The notes beneath the pieces are model-generated. The model saw only the letters and a list, made by a program, of their open reading frames with translations. It was not told the DNA's origin and did no database searches. Positions 19,169-30,069 of a stretch of DNA of 64,000 nt are shown here, one piece after another. How positions within the stretch are numbered: the stretch's first letter is position 1; the number at the start of each line of letters is the position of its first letter. Origin of the DNA: a virus. Both the position numbers and the translations under genes were made by a program. Location of the stretch: IMG/VR virus record IMGVR_UViG_3300023180_000001, one strand, 5' to 3'.

Positions 19169-19447
19169 TTAGCTAAGAAAGTTAAGAACTTTTGAAATAA
19201 CATTCTTGGGCTTGCTCTCGGTGATCTTCTCAACAAGAATCTGATCAAGCTCAGGAGAACCTGTCAACTTAGCCTTCTTATTACTTGAAGCTAGCCAATC
19301 GATTATCTTTCCTGTTTTACCCCATTTCTGGGTATCAAGGTTATTAGCTACAACAGCTGCTAACCCTTTCACAATAATAAAACCTGTCAAAGCTGTAGCT
19401 CCAACATATTCACTCAGAGCAAATTCAATAATAGTGTTTAAATCCAT
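19169..19447 (-). CDS. membrane protein next to endolysin (holin candidate)
   Basis: 92 aa with a hydrophobic segment (ATALTGFIIVKGLAAVVA). It is adjacent to the endolysin. Confidence 0.35.
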   Translation of the reverse strand: MDLNTIIEFALSEYVGATALTGFIIVKGLAAVVANNLDTQKWGKTGKIIDWLASSNKKAKLTGSPELDQILVEKITESKPKNVISKVLNFLS

Positions 19448-19457
19448 GGTTTAACTC

Positions 19458-19910
19458 CTATGGGTTAAAGAAATAAAGTTTATCTTTACCAGTTGGTTTT
19501 GTATCAACATGAAGCCATGTTACCTTATCCTCTACACGAGTAATGTAAGGAACAGGTGCAACTTCCTCCTCATGCTTCCGGAGAGCCTGTCTTAGAGCCT
19601 CTGCAGTCCAGCCCTCAACCTTGAGATCAAGAGCACAACCTTTAGAGTGTTGAGATGTCTCTGAGTAATACTCTGAGGACTTGGTTCTCAATCCACTCTG
19701 TTTTAGGTTGCCGCCCCAGATCCAAGTATTAACTGTAACTGAAGCCCCACCACAGAATCCTTTCAGCCAATCGGCAAACTTGAGGACATTCTCGTCAAAC
19801 ATAGCCCAGATTAGATCTTCATGAAGCTCCTCACAAAGCTCAGGAGGGGCTAACTCCTCAATACTGAAGTGTTTACACTTATAAGTCATAAAAGTTCCTT
19901 GTGGGGCCAT
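19458..19910 (-). CDS. endolysin, peptidase M15 (VanY / L-Ala-D-Glu peptidase-like)
   Basis: SQHSKGCALDL and WLHVD form a zinc-ligand pattern. Confidence 0.7.
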   Translation of the reverse strand: MAPQGTFMTYKCKHFSIEELAPPELCEELHEDLIWAMFDENVLKFADWLKGFCGGASVTVNTWIWGGNLKQSGLRTKSSEYYSETSQHSKGCALDLKVEGWTAEALRQALRKHEEEVAPVPYITRVEDKVTWLHVDTKPTGKDKLYFFNP

Positions 19911-19927
19911 AGAGGCCCCTTAAAGTA

Positions 19928-22900
19928 TTAAGCGTAAGCTGTTACGTTACGGATCATAAGATCCCCAGCCGCCAAAGGTTGGATCTGCATAGTTCCACTG
20001 AATGGGCCAATATCCTCAGGAAGAGTAGCCGATGTAAGCTCTACCCCATTAGCTAGGAACGCAAATGCTGTACCTACGAGAGATACCTCATACTCAATCC
20101 AAGCCTCTGTTCCACCCGTGTCACCACTAGGGTTACCAAAGCCATTGAATGATCCTAAACTGTGACGAGTTCCTGATCTATCCACGTAGTCTGCCCAGCT
20201 GTTGCTGAACGTTTGTGGGTAGCAGAAGATCTCGATAGTACCTAGGGAGGTTCCACTGGTGTCGCAACCGATCTTGAACCTTGGGTAAGCCTCATAATCG
20301 TTAGCTTGGTCCATGACCTTCATCTCAAACTTAACCGACCCTTTCGTATCAGAACTCCACCAGTCAGTTGTCCCTCGAATAGTTCCATTAACTGTACCCT
20401 CATTTGAGGCAGTTGCTAAGGACCCTGACCAGTTTGATGAATCAGTGAAGTCATCAGTAAAGACAGGACTACCTACAAGGTACGACTCTGAGTTAGAGGT
20501 CCCTGTGTTGTTCTGAGGATCTGTAGCACTAACTGTCAGTGTTCTTGTACCATTAGGTAAGCTCTGAGCTGTCAGATCTAGAGATGTGATACTACCTGAG
20601 AAGGTCGAGCCTACAGGTGATCCACCATCCAGAAGCTGAAGAGTTAACTCAGCTGCAGTGTAGATATTATCAGAAGCTGTGATATTCAACGTATCAGAGG
20701 CTACAGAGATGCTCACTGTTGGAGCTGTTGAGTCCAAAGGTTTAACAGATAGACTAGCTCCATTAGAAGCTTGATCACCAACATCATTGGTAGCCACAAT
20801 AGTGTAAACAGCCCCATCATCAGCTGTAGCAGCTGTGAACGTGTAGGAAAGACCAGTAGCGCCGACTATGTCAACACCATCCTTCTTCCACTGTAGGCTA
20901 TTATACCCTTGGATTGAAGCTGTGAAGGTCACCTGATCACCATCGATAACACTAACTCCCTGAGGGTGTGTGTCAATCTGAGGTAGAACAGTAGGCGTAC
21001 CGTTAGGTCTAATGTAGACAGGATAGCTTAGACTACTTTCACCTGTTACACTGTCAGTTGCTGTCACAGCAAACCAGTGGTCAAAACCATTGATAAGACT
21101 ACTAATAGTGATCTCTCTTGTACCAGCCGCTACAGCTCTACCATTGGTCATAGCACCAGTGGTTGGATTGTAGTCGTATACTGTGTACCCAGTTATATTG
21201 GTTTGGTGGTTATCAGCAGGTAATTCCCAACGGATTGTAGCCTGAGCGTCACCATTAATACCGACAAGACCCATAGGGGGCACTGTGCTGCCCTTGTAGC
21301 CCCAAACATAAGAGGTAAGGGTCTCACCAGCCGCACAGAAGCCACGAGCCCCTGAGAGTGTTCCATTAGCTCCTTGAACCCTATTAAGGTAATCACTTCC
21401 GCTATACTCAGGACCAGACCAAGAGTAGGACTCCATCTTCTCACGGATGTAGTGCTCAAATGGGAAATCCCACATAGGGATCTCTGTATCCTCATCGTAG
21501 CCCGGGTCACCCCAGAAGGTTCCAGACTTACCTTTTAAGTACATTACCTCACCAGCGTGGGTATCAGCAAGTGCGTTAGATTTCTCCAACCTAGTTACAT
21601 ACTTAAAGTCTGCATCGATAGCTGTGGTTGTGGTCCCTGACTCATGTTGTGTTCCGTACCCTGTTTTGATAAGGGCAAAGTCACCAGAGTTAGTTAGGTT
21701 AACACCAGACATACCATACTTAGTAACAGTCCTGCTTGTGCCCCCATTGTAGGGAACGCCTACATCACCAACGGTTATATTGGTTGCACCGTAAGCTATA
21801 CCCGTATCAAGAGGATCTGTATCATCCCAGATACAATTAACCAATCCACGGAAGTTGTTATATCCACCGGCATTGATTAAAGAGTCTTGGGTTTGGTGTA
21901 AAGGCCTAATCTTAGAGAATGTACATTTCTGCCATAGGTTGAATCCCCATGTGTAGATCGCTATATCGTGAGGTTTAGAGTCGAAACTAACAACATCGTA
22001 AGATTCTACATCGGAGGCACCACCACCATTACTCACCTGATAGTCAAACTGAGATAGTAGTTGCTCACTATTGAGGTGTAAACATCTCTCAACAATACCA
22101 CGAGAACCCTCAGGGGTAACACTTGTAGCTGTGACAGGTGTACCAAAGGCTCCAGCTTTATACCCGTTGTTCACAAACCTATCAACATCATCAATAGCAA
22201 TACAGTTATCCATGCGGAAATCCATCGTATTGTACATGATGTGGGATCCTTTAGGATCCTCTGCAGGCTTGCGGTCAGATCTATCGTAACGTGCTACGTT
22301 TCTACGGAAAATACATTTAGTGGATTCGTTAATGGAGATCTTATAACGACCACCTCCGTAAGCAAAACAGTTCTCAAAAATAACGTAATCACATAGGCGA
22401 GAGTATAGTGGAATGTCATCCTCACCAACACCACCACAATTAATCACCTTGATGTGGTGAGGGCGAGTGTTCGCTTTATCGTTAGGGTCTCCGTTGATGG
22501 CTAAGGTGCTTCCCCCTTGGACAAATAGGCCTTTAAACGTGATGTACGAAGATTCATTCTTACCACCGCTCCAAAGGTTAAATGCCACACCGGCATCCCC
22601 ACCATCGAAGATAGCCATTAGAGGATTCTCAGCCATTACACAAGTCAGCTTAGCAGAGGTTCCCGATTTAGGGTACTGATCGGAGGAATTACTGTTATCC
22701 CTACCGATCCTATTATCTGTACCTAGGTAAGTCCCATCCCTGAAGATGATCGTATCCCCAGCTTTATGAGCTGCTTCAGCATCCATCCAAGTTGTGTAGG
22801 TTTCTAGTGGTCCAACGTATAGAACATCACCTTGAACCTTGCCAACGTGAACGATGAAAGTTCTACGTCCAACCCCATTATCATTACTGCAGCGTAGCCC

Positions 22901-24007
22901 TACGTGGAATGATTCCCCAGCTAAGCCAGTTGTATCCCAAGTGATGGCCCCAGTTGTCGGATTAACTTGAATATCGTCATGACCGAAGTCTTTGTACCAC
23001 TGGACAGCACCTGCTGTAGTTGGGTTGGTTAAGGAAACCGATAATGTCAGTGTGCCATCCGTAGCCACAAATTGCTCAGGAATGGAGGCGATAACTGGGT
23101 AGGTCTCAGTAGTCTCATTTACAACATCGATTGTAATAGTTGCTGAGGCAGTCTCTCCGTTACCATCGTCGCCTGTAACACTAAGGGTTTGCTGGCCTAA
23201 GGTAGAGGAGCTAAAGGTTATCCTATTATCACTTTGTGTGAAATCAGAACTTCCTGTAATGGTGTAGGTAACAGAATGGCCATCCTGATCTATAGCAGGA
23301 CCGACAGTAATAGTCTTAAAGGTGTCTACTACAACGGTGATATTCTGGTCTGAAAGAACCGGAGGGTTGTTTGTAGGGGCTTGGGTAACTGTTATCGTTA
23401 CAGTCCCTGTGTCAGTTCCCCCATTACCATCATCAACAGTTACGTTCAAGGTCTGTTGCCCAACAACTGCTGAGTTGAAGGTAATAACATTCCCGTTCTG
23501 ACTGAAATCAGAACTCCCTGTTACAGTGAAGGTTAGTGGGTCGGAGTCTGTATCTGTTGCCGCTAGGGTTACAACTAAGTCTTCCCCTTGGACCACTGTG
23601 TGGCTTGAGCTTACAAAGCTTGGTGCATTGTTTTGAGATGATCCACCTTGCTTCCAAACCGTGCTTCCAAAATGGCTATCTAACTTAGCCTCTATTTGAG
23701 CACCTGTGTCTGTACCGCCAGTTTTAACACTCCAATCCTCATCCTCGAAGTATTCAGCTAGAGCCTTGTCTATCTCCTCTCCATATCTCCATAGGGAGCT
23801 TTTTGGGGAAGGGACTGGTGTAGGGCTCTGAGGATCATACGTCTCCATGTACTCTTCGATAACATCACGAGGGTACGCTCTAAGGACCTCTCTAGGGACC
23901 TCTACATAGTCAGAGCTGATGATCTGATTTTCCTGTGCATCGGAAAGATCATCATCAAACGCGAAAGACTTTAAGTACTTCCCCGTCTTATGGTAAAATA
24001 TTCTCAT
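19928..24007 (-). CDS. large tail fibre/tailspike protein (cadherin-like repeats, beta-helix, Ig/FN3-like, lectin-like C-terminus)
   Basis: 1359 aa. It has two tandem units of about 95 aa (..TDTDSDPLTFTVTGSSDF.. and ..DQDGHSVTYTITGSSDF..), a central region with beta-helix-like composition, and sits in the tail module. Confidence 0.65.
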   Translation of the reverse strand: MRIFYHKTGKYLKSFAFDDDLSDAQENQIISSDYVEVPREVLRAYPRDVIEEYMETYDPQSPTPVPSPKSSLWRYGEEIDKALAEYFEDEDWSVKTGGTDTGAQIEAKLDSHFGSTVWKQGGSSQNNAPSFVSSSHTVVQGEDLVVTLAATDTDSDPLTFTVTGSSDFSQNGNVITFNSAVVGQQTLNVTVDDGNGGTDTGTVTITVTQAPTNNPPVLSDQNITVVVDTFKTITVGPAIDQDGHSVTYTITGSSDFTQSDNRITFSSSTLGQQTLSVTGDDGNGETASATITIDVVNETTETYPVIASIPEQFVATDGTLTLSVSLTNPTTAGAVQWYKDFGHDDIQVNPTTGAITWDTTGLAGESFHVGLRCSNDNGVGRRTFIVHVGKVQGDVLYVGPLETYTTWMDAEAAHKAGDTIIFRDGTYLGTDNRIGRDNSNSSDQYPKSGTSAKLTCVMAENPLMAIFDGGDAGVAFNLWSGGKNESSYITFKGLFVQGGSTLAINGDPNDKANTRPHHIKVINCGGVGEDDIPLYSRLCDYVIFENCFAYGGGRYKISINESTKCIFRRNVARYDRSDRKPAEDPKGSHIMYNTMDFRMDNCIAIDDVDRFVNNGYKAGAFGTPVTATSVTPEGSRGIVERCLHLNSEQLLSQFDYQVSNGGGASDVESYDVVSFDSKPHDIAIYTWGFNLWQKCTFSKIRPLHQTQDSLINAGGYNNFRGLVNCIWDDTDPLDTGIAYGATNITVGDVGVPYNGGTSRTVTKYGMSGVNLTNSGDFALIKTGYGTQHESGTTTTAIDADFKYVTRLEKSNALADTHAGEVMYLKGKSGTFWGDPGYDEDTEIPMWDFPFEHYIREKMESYSWSGPEYSGSDYLNRVQGANGTLSGARGFCAAGETLTSYVWGYKGSTVPPMGLVGINGDAQATIRWELPADNHQTNITGYTVYDYNPTTGAMTNGRAVAAGTREITISSLINGFDHWFAVTATDSVTGESSLSYPVYIRPNGTPTVLPQIDTHPQGVSVIDGDQVTFTASIQGYNSLQWKKDGVDIVGATGLSYTFTAATADDGAVYTIVATNDVGDQASNGASLSVKPLDSTAPTVSISVASDTLNITASDNIYTAAELTLQLLDGGSPVGSTFSGSITSLDLTAQSLPNGTRTLTVSATDPQNNTGTSNSESYLVGSPVFTDDFTDSSNWSGSLATASNEGTVNGTIRGTTDWWSSDTKGSVKFEMKVMDQANDYEAYPRFKIGCDTSGTSLGTIEIFCYPQTFSNSWADYVDRSGTRHSLGSFNGFGNPSGDTGGTEAWIEYEVSLVGTAFAFLANGVELTSATLPEDIGPFSGTMQIQPLAAGDLMIRNVTAYA

Positions 24008-24044
24008 TATTGTCCTTGGGCCAAAGAGGGCCCTACTGGTATAA

Positions 24045-24554
24045 TTAAAGTGTTAAGCCAAACTCAGATAACTTAGGGTGATTAGCCATAACAGTTGCTA
24101 GGTCCGGTTGCCCTGTGGCTTCAAAAGAATCCCTGTTGGCATCTAGATAACTCCAATTAGCGTCAGCACAATCGAAGAAAGCTTGACCCTCTAACTGAAA
24201 CTTAGGGATACTACTATCCCTGTAGATCATAGCTGTGTGGTAATTATCGTAACCATAGATAGAGGCTTTTTCATTTAGATAATCCTCTAAGTATTTGACT
24301 ATCGCTTCACCCTCTGCAATCCTTGCATTGATAAGGTCAACTTGAGCCTTATAGGTTTCAAAGTTTGCAGGTGTTACTATCATTTTGTTAGCTGTGTCGG
24401 TATCATCAACGGTCAGATACTGGTAATTATCCTTAACAAAATCTTCCTGACCTGAGGTGACCTCAACAAAGTCATCAGGGATGCTTGTTATATCTGCCCT
24501 CAGGTAGTGATACCCTATAATCTCTTTAGTTGTTACATCATATTGTATGTGCAT
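24045..24554 (-). CDS. hypothetical tail-fibre-associated protein
   Basis: 169-aa ORF between two fibre genes. Confidence 0.4.
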   Translation of the reverse strand: MHIQYDVTTKEIIGYHYLRADITSIPDDFVEVTSGQEDFVKDNYQYLTVDDTDTANKMIVTPANFETYKAQVDLINARIAEGEAIVKYLEDYLNEKASIYGYDNYHTAMIYRDSSIPKFQLEGQAFFDCADANWSYLDANRDSFEATGQPDLATVMANHPKLSEFGLTL

Positions 24555-24558
24555 TTTA

Positions 24559-26334
24559 TCACTCGAATTTGTAAGACATTAACGTGAAGCTTGGGACGAT
24601 CTGAGTTACTTCGGCTGTAGGAAGGTTGAGCTTGTTAGTCTCCACCCTGAAGGATAGGGCTGACTTATCCCACTGGACGTTGGTAATCTCATATACATTA
24701 GTGGCAGTCTCACTATCGAATGCAATCCCATAGAAATCTGTGTCAGGGCTTGAGATTTGTAATGGCACATCCGTTATATCACCACCCGCTGGTGTTGTCC
24801 TAGCTATGTAAGTCCCCGGGTTGTAATTACCAGTACTGAATACAGTAAAGTCCATGACGGTCTGGGCTAATATAATGGCGCTACCACTCCACAAAGGGAA
24901 AGGATCCTTCAATATTGCTGGGCTAAGGGCTGTTATGCTCTTACCACTTTCAGGTGTGTAAAGGAAGGGTGACTTACCGAAATTATACGTAACATCAAAC
25001 GGATTAGATGAGAGGCTTGAACCAACTACGGATAACGTCCAATTACTTGCATCCCCGACACCTGTCACAGTTACTGCCTGTGAGTAAATAGTCCCTGTCC
25101 CGTTCTTCTGTGCGTAGATTGTGACAGTGTTGGCATCATCCCGGGTAATCCAGTACCTTACGGTATCCCCTGCAGATAGTGAGGGAGCGAAAGAGCCTAC
25201 AACTGATGCTGACCTATTTCTGGCACGAGTTCCACTTGTGATCCTATTAATGTTAATATTCGCATTGAGAGGTTGAACTATAATACCTGAACTCCAATCA
25301 ACAACTCCGTCAACAACCGGGGAGAAGTTCATAGATGCAATAGACCCTGAATCCCACACAGTGTGAGTGACTTCCCAATAAGTCTCTACAGGGATCAGGT
25401 ACTTAGAGTGAACGTATGCAGCTCCACTGGAGGCTGCAGTCCTAGCTATTCTCCCTTGATCCTCTACCACCATATTAACAGCTGGATCCACATCTGTAAT
25501 AGCTCCGTAGAAGATGTTGAAGTTGGAGTTATACGTAACCCCTGAGCCCCCACCTCCGGACATATCTACCCAAGATCTAACACCAGCTGTAGTTGATGCG
25601 AGAACTTGTCCATCACTCGTGGGTAGGCCTAGGTCATCCTCTTTTCCATCTAGGGCTGCCTGTGTAGCTGTTGAAACAGGTTTATTCAGATCTGAGGTAT
25701 TATCAACTTGATCTAACCCCACATCGGACTTGGTCAAATCATCAAACACGAGAGCGTCTGGTGTTGTGTTTACCCTAACAACCTTCCCTGCTTGACCTAC
25801 GTAGTCGGTAGGGGTATCTGTCAGCTCTACGAAGGTTGAGGCTCCACCCCCTCCTCCGGTTACAACTGTCCAGTCCCCATCCTGTCTGGCATATTGTTGA
25901 CCATCAATAGGTGCCTCATCCAGAGCATCCACCCACTCTACTTCATAGTCGTTATCTGTAGTCTTAGAGAGGTGCTGGCCTGTTGTACCACCAGATGGTA
26001 GGCCTCTTTCATTTATAAGATCCTCGACAGGGGAACTTAGAGGTTCACTCAATCCAATTAAGGTAAGGAGGTCAATAGGGGCACCATCATTAACGATACC
26101 TAGTCCAATTTTCACACGAGACTCATCTGTTGAGCCCTCTGAGATGATACCCTTAATGGAGAACTGGTAGGAACCATTCTCCAAAGTAAAATCATATAAA
26201 GAATCTGTAACTGTAAATTCACTGATCGATTGAGGAACCGTTACGGTGTTCCCCTCAATGTGCCTAGCCTCAATAGTACCATTGAAGTTAGTGCCTGCAG
26301 GGTACTCTAAAGACCCTGTAATTTGTCTACTCAT
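24559..26334 (-). CDS. tail fibre protein
   Basis: It contains the common phage-fibre motif VGLDQVDNTSDLNKPVSTATQAALDGK. Confidence 0.7.
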   Translation of the reverse strand: MSRQITGSLEYPAGTNFNGTIEARHIEGNTVTVPQSISEFTVTDSLYDFTLENGSYQFSIKGIISEGSTDESRVKIGLGIVNDGAPIDLLTLIGLSEPLSSPVEDLINERGLPSGGTTGQHLSKTTDNDYEVEWVDALDEAPIDGQQYARQDGDWTVVTGGGGGASTFVELTDTPTDYVGQAGKVVRVNTTPDALVFDDLTKSDVGLDQVDNTSDLNKPVSTATQAALDGKEDDLGLPTSDGQVLASTTAGVRSWVDMSGGGGSGVTYNSNFNIFYGAITDVDPAVNMVVEDQGRIARTAASSGAAYVHSKYLIPVETYWEVTHTVWDSGSIASMNFSPVVDGVVDWSSGIIVQPLNANININRITSGTRARNRSASVVGSFAPSLSAGDTVRYWITRDDANTVTIYAQKNGTGTIYSQAVTVTGVGDASNWTLSVVGSSLSSNPFDVTYNFGKSPFLYTPESGKSITALSPAILKDPFPLWSGSAIILAQTVMDFTVFSTGNYNPGTYIARTTPAGGDITDVPLQISSPDTDFYGIAFDSETATNVYEITNVQWDKSALSFRVETNKLNLPTAEVTQIVPSFTLMSYKFE

Positions 26335-26677
26335 TTGGACCTCTTATCTTATTCAGTTCCTCTTTTGCTTGCTGATATCCGTGAGTTTTAGCAATCTCTA
26401 AGCGTATGTAAAGGGTATCTTCCGATAGTTGCTTAAGGTATTGTTTTAACTCCCTCATATCTTCTTTAAGAGGATCTAAATTATCCTGTATCATCTCTCT
26501 AGTTCTAGCCTCTGTCATAGCTTCAGCCTCTAGCTTAGTGATCCTAGCGGAGTGATCTTCAATAGTTTCCCTTGTCTTCTTTTTCTCCCAAGAGAACCAC
26601 CCAGCAAGGGTGGCTAGAAGAATAGAAAGAAACCCTACGAATACCTCAGCTAGTTGATTGCCATCTCCGTCAACCAT
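26327..26677 (-). CDS. membrane-anchored coiled-coil protein
   Basis: 116 aa with one TM segment followed by a charged helix. Confidence 0.45.
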   Translation of the reverse strand: MVDGDGNQLAEVFVGFLSILLATLAGWFSWEKKKTRETIEDHSARITKLEAEAMTEARTREMIQDNLDPLKEDMRELKQYLKQLSEDTLYIRLEIAKTHGYQQAKEELNKIRGPNE

Positions 26678-26690
26678 GTCACTGTATTCC

Positions 26691-27092
26691 TTATAGTTTA
26701 TTTTTGACTAACCAATCTACAGTTCCATCTCCAGAAGAGACATTGATTGTGAATTGAGTTGAGCTATCATTGGTTACCCACACACTTCCAAGATTGGACT
26801 TAGGGGTTACCAGAACTTGATAGGTTGTGTTCCCTTGATCGGGTATTGTTACCACTGCTTGGCTTGAAACTGTACTCTCTGTTCCTGATAGGTCAGAGTC
26901 CCGAAAGAATTCAATCCAGTCTGAGATGAGGTCTAGCTCGTAGTTTAGATAGGGCCTGATCAGTGCTTCGTTTCTATTTACACCTGACAGCTTGAAAGAG
27001 GCTGTTGGTTCTACCTTGTTCGGTGCACCTGTTACTGGGTCATCCTGATCTTGTGATGCCCATTCAGGTAATAATGTTGGAGGTAATGCCAT
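26691..27092 (-). CDS. hypothetical structural protein
   Basis: 133-aa ORF in the tail module. Confidence 0.4.
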   Translation of the reverse strand: MALPPTLLPEWASQDQDDPVTGAPNKVEPTASFKLSGVNRNEALIRPYLNYELDLISDWIEFFRDSDLSGTESTVSSQAVVTIPDQGNTTYQVLVTPKSNLGSVWVTNDSSTQFTINVSSGDGTVDWLVKNKL

Positions 27093-27096
27093 TTAT

Positions 27097-28758
27097 CTAA
27101 CTCCCAATAATATACGGATAAGGTTTAAGTATGCTGTATAGCGTAAATAAAGATCCATTCGTAGCATAGGCTAATCCAGCTATGGGGTCGAATGTCTCCA
27201 GTAGGCTCGAAGATCCTGTCTTATACCTCTGTACGGTGTGGATAATCTCATTAGGTGAACCAGCTCCGCTCAAGGTGGGGTTAAATATCTGCATCTCAGT
27301 TACACCCCATTCAGTGTTTGTACTAGAACTTACCAATTCAGCTTTACCGTGTATGTAGATATACAGATAACCCCCTCTATTAGTCACAGTAACGTCATCA
27401 GCATTATCACAAGTGTACCCAACTATTCCTGACTCTAAATTAAGCAGAGTGGGAGTACCTATTGTATTAATATCCCAAGGCGTAGACAGTGTGCATTCTG
27501 ATAATTGTTCTAATGCTGATTGTGTACCAATTGAATAGAGACGCGTACCGTCCTCGTTGAAGTTCATCCCACTTAGATCGTTTACCCCAACAGATTCAAT
27601 ACCATTTTCTGTTATAGTCGATATATCCCATGGGGTTGATAAGTCATATTGATAGATGAATGATTGAGCCATGACATATAACTTAGTTCCGTCTGGCTTG
27701 TAGAGTAAACGGTCCATAGATGATGATGAGTTAAGTATCTGATATGTCTGAGTCAATGTGCTAGTAGACAAGTCGTAAGAAGTCCCTAGGGATACCTCCC
27801 AGAAATAGAACACACTACTTGAAGAGGATAGTCTGCCAAATACAATAGCATCTTGACCCTTATTGAAAAATACAAAACCCCACGAGATTAGATCAGTTAT
27901 GAAGTTCATCCTACCTTGTGAATGAAGGGTAGGGTTCTTCATATCAACTGTCGTCCAATCTCGAACCCTTGTATCTACGAAATCATTTATGGTAGCTGCA
28001 TCTGGGAATTTATCAGGGGCTCCGTCTGCCATCTCCTCAGGTGTAGCTTTCTCAACAGCACCAATGGAGGATGTTGTCGCTGGCTGCTTGATGTTATTAT
28101 AAGCAGTTGCTGGATTGGTAACATCAGACAGGTTATTGGACTCAAGTAAATATCTCGCATCTGCCTGAGATGTTGTAGGAACATCGCTTGCTCCTGTCCC
28201 TGTGTTAACAACCGCCGCTGTGCCTAATCCAAGATTTGACCTTGCAGTCACCACATTTGTAAGATCACTCAAGTTATTAGCTTCAAGTAAATACCTCGCA
28301 TCACCTTCGGACTTACTGTATACATCTAGGTTTGTCCTAGCGGTTGCAGTATTTGTCAGGTCACTAAGGTTATTAGCCTCAAGAAGGAACCTTGCATCGT
28401 TTGCATCATTATCTCTAAAGTCAGCTCCACCAGTTCCCTCATTCTGAGTTGCTAGGGATCCAAGGCCAAGGTTATTACGTGCAACTGTTACGTTGGTTAG
28501 GTCGGATAGGTTGTTAAGTTCCTCTAAGTACTTAGCATCACCTTCTGACTCACTTAGGACACCTAGGTTAGCCCTAGCTGTAGCATCATTATCTAAAGAG
28601 GCTAGGTTATCATCCTGCCTTAGATATTTCGTATCAAGGTGGACCTCTAGGGTAGCCACCGTTGATTTTTTATCCTCTATACCTTGCCGTATATGAAGAA
28701 GATCAGAGTCTGCAATTGTGACAACGGCGGGTAAGTCTGGTAATTCAACATCTGCCAT
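27097..28758 (-). CDS. tail fibre protein with tandem NNLSDLTN..ARxNLGL repeats
   Basis: 553 aa with 4-5 copies of a unit of about 32 aa (EANNLSDLTNxxTARxNLxxxSKSEGDARYLL). Confidence 0.6.
   Translation of the reverse strand: MADVELPDLPAVVTIADSDLLHIRQGIEDKKSTVATLEVHLDTKYLRQDDNLASLDNDATARANLGVLSESEGDAKYLEELNNLSDLTNVTVARNNLGLGSLATQNEGTGGADFRDNDANDARFLLEANNLSDLTNTATARTNLDVYSKSEGDARYLLEANNLSDLTNVVTARSNLGLGTAAVVNTGTGASDVPTTSQADARYLLESNNLSDVTNPATAYNNIKQPATTSSIGAVEKATPEEMADGAPDKFPDAATINDFVDTRVRDWTTVDMKNPTLHSQGRMNFITDLISWGFVFFNKGQDAIVFGRLSSSSSVFYFWEVSLGTSYDLSTSTLTQTYQILNSSSSMDRLLYKPDGTKLYVMAQSFIYQYDLSTPWDISTITENGIESVGVNDLSGMNFNEDGTRLYSIGTQSALEQLSECTLSTPWDINTIGTPTLLNLESGIVGYTCDNADDVTVTNRGGYLYIYIHGKAELVSSSTNTEWGVTEMQIFNPTLSGAGSPNEIIHTVQRYKTGSSSLLETFDPIAGLAYATNGSLFTLYSILKPYPYIIGS
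28113..28611 (-). repeat. in-frame tandem repeats (about 96-nt period) inside the tail fibre gene
   Basis: The repeated peptide unit is visible in the translation. Confidence 0.6.
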
Positions 28759-28794
28759 CAGAATGTCTCCTTAAAATAGTGGAAGGGTGATCTA

Positions 28795-30060
28795 TCACAC
28801 CCTTAAAGTTTCTGCTAAAACGTTGTACTCATCACCCTCTGAAGGGTCAAGCTCGGCTAGGTAGCCCATTGAGACATTCCCAACAGAGTCAACGATATTA
28901 GATACGATTAAATTTGATTTATTCCCTACCCCGTCATCTGTGACTATTTGATCACCTGTGTTGGTGATAAGGAATCTTCTAAGGATTTCTAACTCTACAG
29001 GAGCTAGTGGGTCACCAGCTTCAGGTATGAAAGTCATAGTCCTTGTTACACCCGCTGAAGAGATCTCAGATAGAAGTGCATGGAGGGCTGAACTCTCATT
29101 ATCCTGAACCTCTACGTGGATATCTGCGGGATAGTGCTCATGTAGTTTCACGGGCTTGTCTGTGCCATCAGATACCTTTGAAGGGAAATCATTTGATATT
29201 CCAAAGAAGGCTGATTGCATATAAATCTGATCACCAGCGTCAGCTCTTGTATTAGATCCATTATCATCATTGAGTAAGGAGACTCTGCCAACAAACGTTG
29301 GCTCGTTAGCTGTCAGTGTGTACCTAACTTGGATTAACGAGAACCCATTACCTAGATCTTGATAACTATGATCAATACCAGAGGAGATAAACCCTACAGT
29401 TCCAGTATTTATGTTTATTCTCAGTTGCTTGTCCGTAGCTCCCTCGAATATAAATAATAGATTGGAATCTTTATTAAGACTCCTAGCTACTACAGATAGG
29501 CAGTATGTCTCACCGGATAGGGCACTTATAGGTGCATCCTGTGTCGATAGGGGTCTAAAGAACTCCGTTAGAGAGGTCTGTTCAACTAAACCTACAGAGG
29601 GCTGACCACTAGGATTTGATAGAGCTGTGTTGGTGATAGTCCCATCTGGATCAGTGGTTGCCCCATACCAACCTTCAGGGTTATGTGGAGATGGGAATAG
29701 GTTAATAAGATTAGGGTAAGTTACGGAAGGGCCTAAAGAGTTCTTAACAATACTGATTATATTGTCGATTGTCCCATCCGCACTGTTAGCTACGATACGG
29801 TTTCTAATAGCCGCTCGGTAAAGCTCATCAGATTTGCCCTGACGAGTTTCACCGATCAATCTACCGATGACATCGAGCTGCTCACCAATAGCTGTATCCA
29901 AATCGAAAGCTGAATTTACCTCGAAAGCTAGATCTTCAACTTTCTGAGTCTCTTGTAGGAAAGCATCAAGTGTTCCCACAATGTTGGGCTTGTCCTCGAA
30001 TTGCTCTATTACACGACTAAGGCCAACCTCAACAGAATTTTTTAAAATTGGTTCTGCCAT
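28795..30060 (-). CDS. baseplate/tail protein (DUF2612-like N-terminus)
   Basis: It lies next to the baseplate J gene and has N-terminal ..AIGEQLDVIGRLIGE.R.... Confidence 0.45.
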   Translation of the reverse strand: MAEPILKNSVEVGLSRVIEQFEDKPNIVGTLDAFLQETQKVEDLAFEVNSAFDLDTAIGEQLDVIGRLIGETRQGKSDELYRAAIRNRIVANSADGTIDNIISIVKNSLGPSVTYPNLINLFPSPHNPEGWYGATTDPDGTITNTALSNPSGQPSVGLVEQTSLTEFFRPLSTQDAPISALSGETYCLSVVARSLNKDSNLLFIFEGATDKQLRININTGTVGFISSGIDHSYQDLGNGFSLIQVRYTLTANEPTFVGRVSLLNDDNGSNTRADAGDQIYMQSAFFGISNDFPSKVSDGTDKPVKLHEHYPADIHVEVQDNESSALHALLSEISSAGVTRTMTFIPEAGDPLAPVELEILRRFLITNTGDQIVTDDGVGNKSNLIVSNIVDSVGNVSMGYLAELDPSEGDEYNVLAETLRV

Positions 30061-30069
30061 AAGTCCTCC